Of a DNA stretch of 63,355 nt, positions 17,225-26,029 are shown in pieces (position 1 is the stretch's first letter; each line of letters starts with the position of its first letter). The DNA comes from Candidatus Xenobia bacterium (lineage in GTDB: Bacteria; Vulcanimicrobiota; Xenobia; Xenobiales; QWHO01): the NCBI GenBank assembly GCA_045863235.1, contig BTUM01000046.1, forward strand, positions 1 through 63,355. Direction: 5' to 3'. Made by a program: the position numbers and the translations under genes. The notes beneath the pieces were generated by a model that was not told where the DNA came from, did no database searches, and was given only the letters and a program-made list of their open reading frames with translations.

Positions 17225-18606
17225 AAATGAGCATAGATGAAGCTCACCCCGCGACTCGAGCAAAGAAAGAGACACCCCAGCAAGAAGGCGACTGTCGTAA
17301 CCAGAAGCTGGCTCCGGCCGGGCTTGAAATCTTCGAGCAACTGTCGAGTCGAGGGCGCCAGGAACGCGACGGCGGCACCCAGGACGAACGAACTCGAGAT
17401 GATCGCGCTATCGAACGTGTCGAATCGGTCCCCCCAAAGAATCGTCTTTGTGCCTGCCCAACCAGCCAGATTCCCCAGCATCCGCGAACAGGTCGTCAGA
17501 TCGGGCGAGCGGAAGAGCACAAACGATAAGATCACGAAGACCTGGGTGAGGGCCAGGGCTGCCAGCCTCGGTAGCCCACCTCGGCGGCGATGCCAAAGAT
17601 GGTGAGCCACCAGGCCGAATCCGTGCATCGCGCCCCAGAGCAAGAACATGACCGTCAACCCGTGCCAGAGGCCACAGATGACCATGGACAGCCAGGTAGC
17701 CGTCATGGCCCAGGAGAAGCTGACCCGTCGCCCTTTGAGCCGCGCCAGCGAAAAGTATACGTAGTTGGTGATGAAGGCGGTGAGCGACATGTGCCACTCG
17801 CTCCAGAAGCGCACCAGACTGGAACAACGATAGGGGCGCTCGAAGTTGATGGGCAAACGAATTCCTAACATCAGTCCGGCTCCCAGGGCCATGTCGCTGT
17901 AGCCCGAAAAATCCAGGAATATCTGGAGATAGTAGCCCACCGCAACCACCCAGGCATCCAGCACCCTGAGTCCTTCGACCTGGGCGTAGCCAGGGTCGAC
18001 CAACATCGCCAGGGAATCAGCCAGGACCACCTTCTTGAAGAGTCCGAACGAGAAGACAAACAATCCGGCCGCGCAGTCGTCCCATCGAGGCAGATTTGAC
18101 GAGAAGCCGAGGTGCTGCTCGAGCGTGTCCGAAGGCCTGGGAATCGGGCCGGCTACGACCTGAGGGAAGAAGGCGACAAAATTCCAATAGTCAAGCCTGG
18201 CTGGCTGGACCCAGACGCCCTGGTAGCTGTCCACCAACACCATGATCTGTTGAATTGTGTAGAAACTGAGTCCGATGGGCGCCAGGGGGGACTCGCCGGG
18301 GGCCTCGGCCACGAGGTCCCAGCCCGAAGCCACCAGCTTGTAGGAGAAGAGCCACAGCACATTGGCGAAGAGACCCAGCCAGAGCTTGCGCAGCCGAATC
18401 GGAGGGCTTGTCTCGCGAGAAATCGACCCCGCGAGAGAATAATTCAGGCCGAGCGAGAGAAGAAAGCTCGGAAACGCCCGCCAATCGACCAGCAGGTAAA
18501 ACAGCGCCGACAGGCAGGCGAGCGCCCAGGGTCGTCGCCAGCGAGCCAGGATGGCGATGCTCAGGGGCAGGAACATTAAAATGTAAGGCAGGGACAGGCT
18601 GCTCAT
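17221..18606 (-). CDS. MBOAT O-acyltransferase (#3, more divergent)
   Basis: PIGLSFYTIQQ, FFPQVVAGPI, DFSGYSDMA, FWSEWHMSL, GLWHG and C-terminal FIYAHF. Confidence 0.93.
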   Translation of the reverse strand: MSSLSLPYILMFLPLSIAILARWRRPWALACLSALFYLLVDWRAFPSFLLSLGLNYSLAGSISRETSPPIRLRKLWLGLFANVLWLFSYKLVASGWDLVAEAPGESPLAPIGLSFYTIQQIMVLVDSYQGVWVQPARLDYWNFVAFFPQVVAGPIPRPSDTLEQHLGFSSNLPRWDDCAAGLFVFSFGLFKKVVLADSLAMLVDPGYAQVEGLRVLDAWVVAVGYYLQIFLDFSGYSDMALGAGLMLGIRLPINFERPYRCSSLVRFWSEWHMSLTAFITNYVYFSLARLKGRRVSFSWAMTATWLSMVICGLWHGLTVMFLLWGAMHGFGLVAHHLWHRRRGGLPRLAALALTQVFVILSFVLFRSPDLTTCSRMLGNLAGWAGTKTILWGDRFDTFDSAIISSSFVLGAAVAFLAPSTRQLLEDFKPGRSQLLVTTVAFLLGCLFLCSSRGVSFIYAHF

Positions 18607-18652
18607 CCAGGAGCCCTGAGGTTTGCGCCCTCAGCACCCGACACCTCCCGTC

Positions 18653-19969
18653 TCAGCGCGGGTAGGGCAGGCGGGCCAGCATTGCATAGGTATTGTCACC
18701 CAGCCCCGGCATGGGCCGAAAATCGACCGCATCGTGCCAGGCCTGCCAGAGCCCCAGCTCTCCCGAAGCCAGGAACGGCTGCGCAGGTCGCAAAGGGGGA
18801 TTGAGCAAGGTCACGGTGGCTCGAATTCCTCCCGGATCGGCCATGAGAACCTCCGAACCAGTGCTGATGTAGACGGTGCCCGGGGCCTGGCCAGCCAGGA
18901 CGGCGGGCTCGGCTCGCGGTGGAGCAACGACGGCGGCCGGAACGAGCTGGCCCCCTTCGGAGGTCAGCCAACAGGCGTAAGTTCCACGCCCGCGGACCGA
19001 CCACACGACGCAGAAGCGATCGCCCGAGCCCGCTACTGAGACGATCCGGAAAAACTTCGTATGTGCCGGCCCCGGGCCGATCTCGAAAGAGGCCCCAATG
19101 GGCCTCAATTGCAGGTCGAGCAGCCGCCCTCGAATCGGCCGATCGTCAGTCCGGGCATCGACCCAGACCACCAGGGCGCGCCCTGCGGCGCTGGCTAAAG
19201 CGGGAAACTCGGCCATTTCTTTGTCACTGAGCCGAATGATCGGTCCGAGCTCTCGACCTGGCCCCAGGAGGCGTGCGCTCACCACTCCGTCCACCGACCA
19301 GACGACGGCCGGTCGGTTGACTACCAGCCCCAGACTGGGCATCTCTCCGGTCGACCCGGCCGAAGCCAGCAATTCCGGGCCATCGGGAGACCCGTCAGCA
19401 TGAAACCTGCGCACGAACACACCCTTCCCCTGACGGACCAGGACACCGGGATTGTCTGAGGCGTGCCATGAGCACCAGAACTCCCCGTCGGGTGCACCGA
19501 CCAGCGAGCTGTGGTGGGCCAATAGTCCGGCACTGGGCCCAGAATTGACCCGCCGCTCGGGAGTGAGGAAGCGGCCCTCTTGATTCAAGACCCGGCCATA
19601 GATCTTATAGGTTTGACGGTCTCGCGCGTCGCGCATCATCCACACGGTCAGCACCGTCCCCGAGGCATTCTCGGCGACCGCGACACATTCACTCATCCCG
19701 GCCGTGACTCGCTCATCCAGTCGAAGCGGCCCGACGCTGGCAGACCGGCTGGTGACCGGGCTTGGCCTCCACAGGCCCGTCGTCAGGCGAATGCAGTCCC
19801 ACAGACAGGTCAGTTTACCCAGCGGCCCCGCCGGATACTCCGGGGTCGCAGAGCTCCAGCGAAGGGCGACTCCCGGGGCAACCCCCCCCGCCAATAGGAA
19901 CATTACCAACAATCCAGCTGACAACCAGCAGCCCTTTCTCATTCCTGGAGCCACTTCGACACCCTTCAT
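18653..19969 (-). CDS. Hypothetical exported protein (beta-rich repeats)
   Basis: 438-aa ORF with an N-terminal hydrophobic segment and recurring 'VVW...(I/V)xxRxL' units. No family recognised. Confidence 0.6.
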   Translation of the reverse strand: MKGVEVAPGMRKGCWLSAGLLVMFLLAGGVAPGVALRWSSATPEYPAGPLGKLTCLWDCIRLTTGLWRPSPVTSRSASVGPLRLDERVTAGMSECVAVAENASGTVLTVWMMRDARDRQTYKIYGRVLNQEGRFLTPERRVNSGPSAGLLAHHSSLVGAPDGEFWCSWHASDNPGVLVRQGKGVFVRRFHADGSPDGPELLASAGSTGEMPSLGLVVNRPAVVWSVDGVVSARLLGPGRELGPIIRLSDKEMAEFPALASAAGRALVVWVDARTDDRPIRGRLLDLQLRPIGASFEIGPGPAHTKFFRIVSVAGSGDRFCVVWSVRGRGTYACWLTSEGGQLVPAAVVAPPRAEPAVLAGQAPGTVYISTGSEVLMADPGGIRATVTLLNPPLRPAQPFLASGELGLWQAWHDAVDFRPMPGLGDNTYAMLARLPYPR

Positions 19970-19992
19970 CGAGCTTCCCTACCCGCGGTTCA

Positions 19993-20008
19993 GAGGAATC
20001 GATTCCTC
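19993..20008. promoter_or_regulatory. Perfect 16-bp palindrome between divergent genes (candidate operator)
   Basis: GAGGAATCGATTCCTC equals its own reverse complement. Confidence 0.45.
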
Positions 20009-20061
20009 CCAGGAGAACCTCCCGGGGTTATCCTGAAATTTAAAACGAGTGGGGTGTTGGT

Positions 20062-22809
20062 GTGAAAATTTTCAGCTCTCGGGCGCGAATAACCGCGCTC
20101 TCGCTGGCGGCGACACTACTGTTGTCGGCCTGCGGCGACAATGGCTCAATCAACGGCTCGGGTCTGAGCGGACCCGGGCCAACCGGCCAGACGGCCGTTC
20201 CGCTTGAAGCAAACCCGGGCAAGGACGAGTTGCAGGCGCGGCTGATCCAGTTCCCGATGTTCAACCTTTCCCAACGCGCGGTTGGCCACGTTCGCGAGAC
20301 CGAGCTCGTCAGCAAGGACAGCAGTGGCAATGTTGGTGACAAGAACTGCCTCAACCCGGTCGTTTCGGCCGATGGACGCTACGTTGCGTTTGTCTGTGCC
20401 TCCACCAACCTGGTGACCGGCTTCACGCTACCCAGCAACATCAACCAGGTCTACCGCAAGGACAACGTCACAGGAACGGTTGAGCTCGTCAGCCGCGTCG
20501 GGACGACTCCCGCCAACAAAGCATGCCAGAATCCAAGCATTTCCGACGATGGACGCTACATCGTCTTCAACACTGCTTCGACGAACGTCGGCGGAGGCAC
20601 TTCTGGCAGTCAGCACCACGTCTACGTCTGGGATGACACCAATCCTGGCGTTCTGACCCTGGTTGACATGAAGGATGGATCGACCGCCTTCGCAGACCGC
20701 TCCAACGGGACCAGTTTCTCGACCAAGCAGGCGATTTCCGGCGACGGCCAGTTCGTCGTCTTCGACTCGGCCGGGACGAACCTGCTCACCTCGACCGACG
20801 CCAATGCCGCCCGAGACATCTTCGTGCGCGACCTGGTAAACGACGCGACCTACCGGATCAATCGACCCAACAACAGCCCCGACAGCGAGGCCAGCAGCGC
20901 CAGCACCAGCAATCAGGGCGCCCTTACTCTGCTTGACGGCAGCGTCACGCCAGCCGAGTATGCCATCGCCTACACCACCAATGCCACCAACCTGGCCGAC
21001 AAGACCTCCAGCACCTTCAACGACATTCTGGTAGCCGTCTGGGATACCGACAACAACGTCACCACGACCCGGGCCAGCCGCAGCACCGGCGGAGGGGATC
21101 CGGACGGGAGCAGCTCTGTCCCGACCGTCTCGACCGATGGGGTGGCCTTTGAATCGGTTGCCACCAACCTGGTCACCCCCACCCCGTCGGCGACGAGCCA
21201 CTGCTTCTACGCCCAGTTCAACGGTACCGGGACCGAAATGGTCGATGTCAGCAGCGCCGGTGCTCAGGCCACGGCAGCCGGCAACCTGCCCTGGATCTCG
21301 GACAACGGTCGCCTGGTCGCCTTCCAGAGCAGCGACAACACGCTGGTTTCGGGTGATACTGGCGGCAATGACATCTTCGTGCGTGACCGCCTGCTGGAAA
21401 TGACCTACCGAGCCAGCCAGACGTCCAACCCCGCCTTCGGTTCGACCACCGGAAACCAGCAGGCAGCCGGGCAGTGCAATGAGCCCGGCTTCTCCAAGGG
21501 CGGCGACTACATCGTCTTCCGCACCAACGCCAAGAACCTGGTGCCAACTGCGGCCACCATTTCCGTGAACATTTTCATGCGCGAGCATCGCGACCTGGTG
21601 GTCTTCAGCTCGAACGAACCCACCCTCAACGGCGGCAAATCCGAGTACGACGCCTTCATCAAAGACCTGACCACCGGCGAGCTGCGCGACCTCACCACCG
21701 TGGGTGACCGCAACTCTCGCGAGGTGACCATCAGCCCGAACGGGCGCTTCGTCTGCTTCACTTCGCAGGCGACCAACCTGCCCGTTCCCGGAACGCACGT
21801 TTCCAATGCCAGCTTCAGCGCTGCCGACGTCTACCTCTATGACGTGGAGAACGACACCCTCAGCCGCGCCAGCGCCGTCAACGGATCTGACGACGGAGGG
21901 AACTCGACCAGCAGTTGGGGCACGGCCACCGACGACGGCTCTCTGGTGCTGTTTACCTCGCGCGCCACCAACCTGGCGACCGCCGACACCCCCAGCGCCT
22001 TCGCCAACGTGTACGTTCGCAACACGGCAACCGACGTGACCAGCCTGGTGAGCCGCAGCCCGGTCAACCCCGGCGCGGAGAACGGCGATTCCAGCGCGGC
22101 GATGATCGCCGCCGGAACCAACCAGGCAGTCTTCCAGACGGCTGCCAGCAACTTCTTCGCGACCGATGCCAACGGCACGCAGACAGACATCGTCAAGGTG
22201 GACATGACCGGCCCCACCTTTACGCTGGTGAGCGTCAGCAGTGCCGGCGTCCAGGGGAACAACCGCTCCCGAGAAGCCGACATCTCACGGGACGGCCACC
22301 TGATTTCTTACAACAGCTTCGCAACCAACCTGGTGACCGGCGACACCAACGGCCAGCCGGACGTCTTCACTCGCAACACGACCACCTCGACGACCTCTCG
22401 GGTCAGCATCTCGACGCTCAGTGCCCAGGGCAACAACTCCAGCATCATCAGCTGGCCCAGCACCGCCAGTGACGCGACCTACGTCGGTTTCTGCTCGGTG
22501 GCCAACACCCTGCTCGGGCCCGGAGTCGACACCAACGGCGTCTCGGACGCCTTTGTGCGGCTTCTGAGCCTGAGCCAGACCAGCCGGCCCAGCGTGGGCA
22601 ACCCCGTGGTCGTGACCGACCCTCCAGTTCAGCTTGACGACACGACCGACCAGGTCAGCGTGGGCACCGGCGGCACGTTCATCGCCTTCGAGTCCCAAGC
22701 GACCAACGTCGACCCGATCTCGCTCCCTGGGGATGCCATCGGCGCTTGCAGTGACAACGTCTACGTGCGAGTCAACGGCAAGACGGTGATCGTCAACCTC
22801 ACCCCCTAG
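20062..22809 (+). CDS. Large lipoprotein with TolB/PD40-like beta-propeller repeats
   Basis: Lipobox LLSA-C. About 12 repeats of the type ISxDGRYVAFxSxAxNLV...D(I/V)FVRD. Ser/Thr/Asn-rich with strongly C-ending codons. Confidence 0.85.
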   Translation: MKIFSSRARITALSLAATLLLSACGDNGSINGSGLSGPGPTGQTAVPLEANPGKDELQARLIQFPMFNLSQRAVGHVRETELVSKDSSGNVGDKNCLNPVVSADGRYVAFVCASTNLVTGFTLPSNINQVYRKDNVTGTVELVSRVGTTPANKACQNPSISDDGRYIVFNTASTNVGGGTSGSQHHVYVWDDTNPGVLTLVDMKDGSTAFADRSNGTSFSTKQAISGDGQFVVFDSAGTNLLTSTDANAARDIFVRDLVNDATYRINRPNNSPDSEASSASTSNQGALTLLDGSVTPAEYAIAYTTNATNLADKTSSTFNDILVAVWDTDNNVTTTRASRSTGGGDPDGSSSVPTVSTDGVAFESVATNLVTPTPSATSHCFYAQFNGTGTEMVDVSSAGAQATAAGNLPWISDNGRLVAFQSSDNTLVSGDTGGNDIFVRDRLLEMTYRASQTSNPAFGSTTGNQQAAGQCNEPGFSKGGDYIVFRTNAKNLVPTAATISVNIFMREHRDLVVFSSNEPTLNGGKSEYDAFIKDLTTGELRDLTTVGDRNSREVTISPNGRFVCFTSQATNLPVPGTHVSNASFSAADVYLYDVENDTLSRASAVNGSDDGGNSTSSWGTATDDGSLVLFTSRATNLATADTPSAFANVYVRNTATDVTSLVSRSPVNPGAENGDSSAAMIAAGTNQAVFQTAASNFFATDANGTQTDIVKVDMTGPTFTLVSVSSAGVQGNNRSREADISRDGHLISYNSFATNLVTGDTNGQPDVFTRNTTTSTTSRVSISTLSAQGNNSSIISWPSTASDATYVGFCSVANTLLGPGVDTNGVSDAFVRLLSLSQTSRPSVGNPVVVTDPPVQLDDTTDQVSVGTGGTFIAFESQATNVDPISLPGDAIGACSDNVYVRVNGKTVIVNLTP

Positions 22810-22838
22810 CTTAACCAGCCAGGTCGACCAGATGGCCG

Positions 22839-23681
22839 GTGCGGTTCGCCGCATCGGCCATCTGCTTTCAAGGCGGAAGGTATCGTGTCGGGGAGAAAGA
22901 ACCGCCACCTGCCGTGAGCTTCTTTGCAGACCGAAAGTATTTTGTGGCCCGCGCCTGGTCCAACAACGAGCTCAAACGCTTCAGCCCCTGGTTCGAGGGG
23001 GACGCGGTCAACGTCAGTGCCTGGCTCGACGAGGACAAGCAGGGTCGGCGCTACCGAGATTACTTTTCAGGCGCCCGCTCTTATGCGATCACCAACCACC
23101 AGTCGGCGGGTCAGATCGACCCGGCACTCGACTCCCTGACACTCGATCTGGAGGCCCCCCTCCCTGTCAATCTGCATCAACGCTTTGACGTGGTCTTCAA
23201 TCACACCACACTGGAACATGTGTTCGATTTTCAACTCGCTCTGAAGAACATGTGCGACATGAGCCGCGACGTCGTGATCCTGGTCGTGCCCTTTCTCCAG
23301 CAGCAGCATCAGCAGCCAACCTTTGGAGACTTCTGGCGATTTACTCCATCAGCAATGGAGCGACTGCTCGCCCAACACGAATTCAGCGTCGTCCACAATA
23401 TAACCAACAATGAGCTCTTCGCTTCAGTTTATGTCCTGACTGTCGCCACGCGCTACCCCGAGCGATGGAAGGGCCGCTTCGAGCAGTTGAGACCGCCGGC
23501 ATCACGAGCAAGTCGGCTCAAGCGTGCCCTCACCTACGGCTTCGAGATGCAGGTAGGATCCTTCGCCATCCCCAATCTGGGTTATCTGACCGGAACCTTC
23601 CTGCGAAAAGTCGGCCTCAAAGTCGGCCAGATGGCCGGCGAAGTTCGGACGTCCGAGGTCGGCGCACCAGAGCATAACTGA
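22839..23681 (+). CDS. Class I SAM-methyltransferase-like protein of polysaccharide loci
   Basis: FDVVFNHTTLEHV, LVVPF and GDFWRFTP motifs. The true start may be GTG 22914. Confidence 0.7.
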   Translation: MRFAASAICFQGGRYRVGEKEPPPAVSFFADRKYFVARAWSNNELKRFSPWFEGDAVNVSAWLDEDKQGRRYRDYFSGARSYAITNHQSAGQIDPALDSLTLDLEAPLPVNLHQRFDVVFNHTTLEHVFDFQLALKNMCDMSRDVVILVVPFLQQQHQQPTFGDFWRFTPSAMERLLAQHEFSVVHNITNNELFASVYVLTVATRYPERWKGRFEQLRPPASRASRLKRALTYGFEMQVGSFAIPNLGYLTGTFLRKVGLKVGQMAGEVRTSEVGAPEHN

Positions 23682-23684
23682 CCT

Positions 23685-24839
23685 GTGGCTCAAGAATCGT
23701 CCACCGAACGTCGCAATGCAGGCCTTGACGTTCTCCGAGGAGTGGCTATCCTGTTGGTGCTCCTGCGCCATCTCCCCATGAGCAAAACCGGCTGGCTCCG
23801 AGAGGCGCTGACCCCTTTCCACACCATCGGTTGGTGCGGAGTCGACCTCTTCTTCGTTCTGTCGGGTTATCTCATCGCCGGGTTGCTTCTCTCTGACCTG
23901 CGCCGTTTTGGCAAAATCCGCCTGAAGAGATTCTGGCTGCGCCGAGGATTGAAGATCTGGCCCTCATACTTTCTGATCTACGGCGCCTGGTTTGCCCTGG
24001 CTGTACTCTCGCCCATGCGCCACGAGCAGTGGACCACGGCCTGGCAAAAGTTTCTGGCCGGAATTCCCAATTTTCTCTTCATCCAGAACTATTTTCCTCT
24101 GGAAGCTCGCTGGCCTCACTCCTGGTCGCTGGCCATCGAGGAGCAATTCTACCTGCTCCTCCCTTTGATCTTGATCTTGTGTTTTCAAGCTCGGCGATCC
24201 AAGACAGAGGCACTGGAGACCGCATCAGCAAGCATTCTCGTTCTCTGCGTGGCGACTTTGCTGCTGCGGGCCTGGACCAACGCGGTGCATCCAGGTGATT
24301 GGACGGCTCTCTATTACCCCACTCACTTGCGGATCGACTCTCTGGCTTTCGGGGTCTACCTGCGGGTGCTCCAGGCCCGACTCACCCTCGAGCAATTCGA
24401 GGACCTGGCTCGTCGTGTCAGGCTGGCAACCTACCTGCTGGTTGTCGCCCTGTTCATTTGCCTGGCCTCGGTGCCGATGGAGACCCACGTCTGGATTCTG
24501 GTGCCAGGATTCACCGCTCTCTACCTGGCTTTTGGCGGGTTGGTGGTGATTGCGGGCTCGGGCTACTCGTGGGAGAGTCACCTGGTCGTCCTCACCGGAT
24601 TGCGTCGTCTCCTGATCTACCTGGGCACTTACTCTTATACGATCTACCTGGTTCACTCGGTCTGGAAACTATTTGAGTATCTCCCCTTGACCAGTTCGGT
24701 ATATTCCTGGGTTACGGGCATTTGGCCCGGTTGGGGCGCTGCCGTCATCTACTTGCTGGTTTCGCTCGGCGGGGGAGTGCTGGCTTCTCGACTCGTGGAG
24801 CAACCAGTGCTGGCCTGGCGAGCTCGGCATATCCCCTGA
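23685..24839 (+). CDS. Acyltransferase family 3 (OafA/YrhL-like) (#1)
   Basis: LDVLRGVAILLV, GVDLFFVLSGYLI, RRGLKIWP, HSWSLAIEEQFY and YTIYLVH. Confidence 0.93.
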   Translation: MAQESSTERRNAGLDVLRGVAILLVLLRHLPMSKTGWLREALTPFHTIGWCGVDLFFVLSGYLIAGLLLSDLRRFGKIRLKRFWLRRGLKIWPSYFLIYGAWFALAVLSPMRHEQWTTAWQKFLAGIPNFLFIQNYFPLEARWPHSWSLAIEEQFYLLLPLILILCFQARRSKTEALETASASILVLCVATLLLRAWTNAVHPGDWTALYYPTHLRIDSLAFGVYLRVLQARLTLEQFEDLARRVRLATYLLVVALFICLASVPMETHVWILVPGFTALYLAFGGLVVIAGSGYSWESHLVVLTGLRRLLIYLGTYSYTIYLVHSVWKLFEYLPLTSSVYSWVTGIWPGWGAAVIYLLVSLGGGVLASRLVEQPVLAWRARHIP

Positions 24840-26029
24840 TGCTGCGCATTGCCTACCCATCGGTCCTCGACCTGGCTGCCGAATCAGCTCCTGTGACGCA
24901 CACCCTGGAGATCTCCAACGGTCTGGCCAGGCTGGGACACCAGGTCCGCGTTTGGGCTCCGGCCAGGCCGCCCGAAATGGACTTTGCATACAGCCGGCTC
25001 TGGTGTTTCTGGCGCCTCCCGCGCTGGCATCGGCTCCGACAATGGCTCCTGTGGAGAGAGGCCGCCCTTCGTTTTCTAGCGAGCCATACAAGACGCCGCT
25101 TCGATTGCATCTATGCGCGATACGAGGCCGGGGCGGGCCCGATTATCCGGGCCGCCCGCCTGGCAGGAGTCCCGCTCTTCCTTGAAATCAATGGAACCAC
25201 TCGCCAGATTGGAACATGGGGCCATCTTTCGGCCGAGGACTGGCAAAGGCTCAACGCCACCTGGACCCGCGACCTCCATCTGGCTACCGCCTTGCTGACT
25301 ACCGGGCCGGGCATCGTGAAATCCCTGGGGGACCTCCACGGCATTGCGAAAGAGCGAATGTTCGTCATCGAGAACGGGGTTGACGCATCAACTTTTCGGC
25401 CCCTCGATCGGATGGAATGCCGGCGTCAGCGAGGCATTCCTCCAGCAAGACTCATCCTTGGCTATGTTGGCTCTTACCAAATTTACCATGATTTGAAGAC
25501 CCCCCTCCAGTCCGTGGCGCAGTTACGACAGCAGGGGTGCGATTCGTGGCTTTACTGTCTGGGCAAAGGCCGCCTGAGGGAAGGTTATGCTCAACTTGCA
25601 CAAGAACTAGGGGTCGCAGATTTCGTTCGCTGGCTGGATCCCGTGCCAAAGAGCGAAGTCGCGAGTTTCATCAACTGCATTGATTATGCATTGAACACGA
25701 TTCATGGAGCGCTAGCGGAGGAGATCCGCTCCTTCAAACTGCTCGAGTATCTGGCCTGTGGTTGCCCGGTCATTTCCACCCGCCTGGAAAGCGGAGCGGA
25801 TCCAATGGCCCGCTACGTGCTCGAGGTACCGCCCGACGATCCGAAAGCGCTGACCGAGCTGTTGCTTCGGGTAAGGGATGACCCGGCTCCAAGGGCTCAA
25901 GCCCTCAAGGCCAGTCAGGTTGTCGCCCAGGATTACAGTTGGGAACGCGCAGCGAGGCAAACTGCAGCAGCGCTGGCGAGCTTCGTCAGGGAGCTCAACT
26001 TCCCGCGCCGGCCTGGGCCAGTTGTTTGA
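24839..26029 (+). CDS. Glycosyltransferase family 4
   Basis: ATG overlaps the upstream stop. IENGVD, GYVGS and KLLEYLACGCPVI motifs. Confidence 0.88.
   Translation: MLRIAYPSVLDLAAESAPVTHTLEISNGLARLGHQVRVWAPARPPEMDFAYSRLWCFWRLPRWHRLRQWLLWREAALRFLASHTRRRFDCIYARYEAGAGPIIRAARLAGVPLFLEINGTTRQIGTWGHLSAEDWQRLNATWTRDLHLATALLTTGPGIVKSLGDLHGIAKERMFVIENGVDASTFRPLDRMECRRQRGIPPARLILGYVGSYQIYHDLKTPLQSVAQLRQQGCDSWLYCLGKGRLREGYAQLAQELGVADFVRWLDPVPKSEVASFINCIDYALNTIHGALAEEIRSFKLLEYLACGCPVISTRLESGADPMARYVLEVPPDDPKALTELLLRVRDDPAPRAQALKASQVVAQDYSWERAARQTAAALASFVRELNFPRRPGPVV

Noticed and set aside
20428..21798. 456-aa minus-strand ORF (also 12295-13392, 1709-2755, 32087-33184, 43673-44731)
   Set aside because: Antisense or alternate-frame shadows of well-supported genes.
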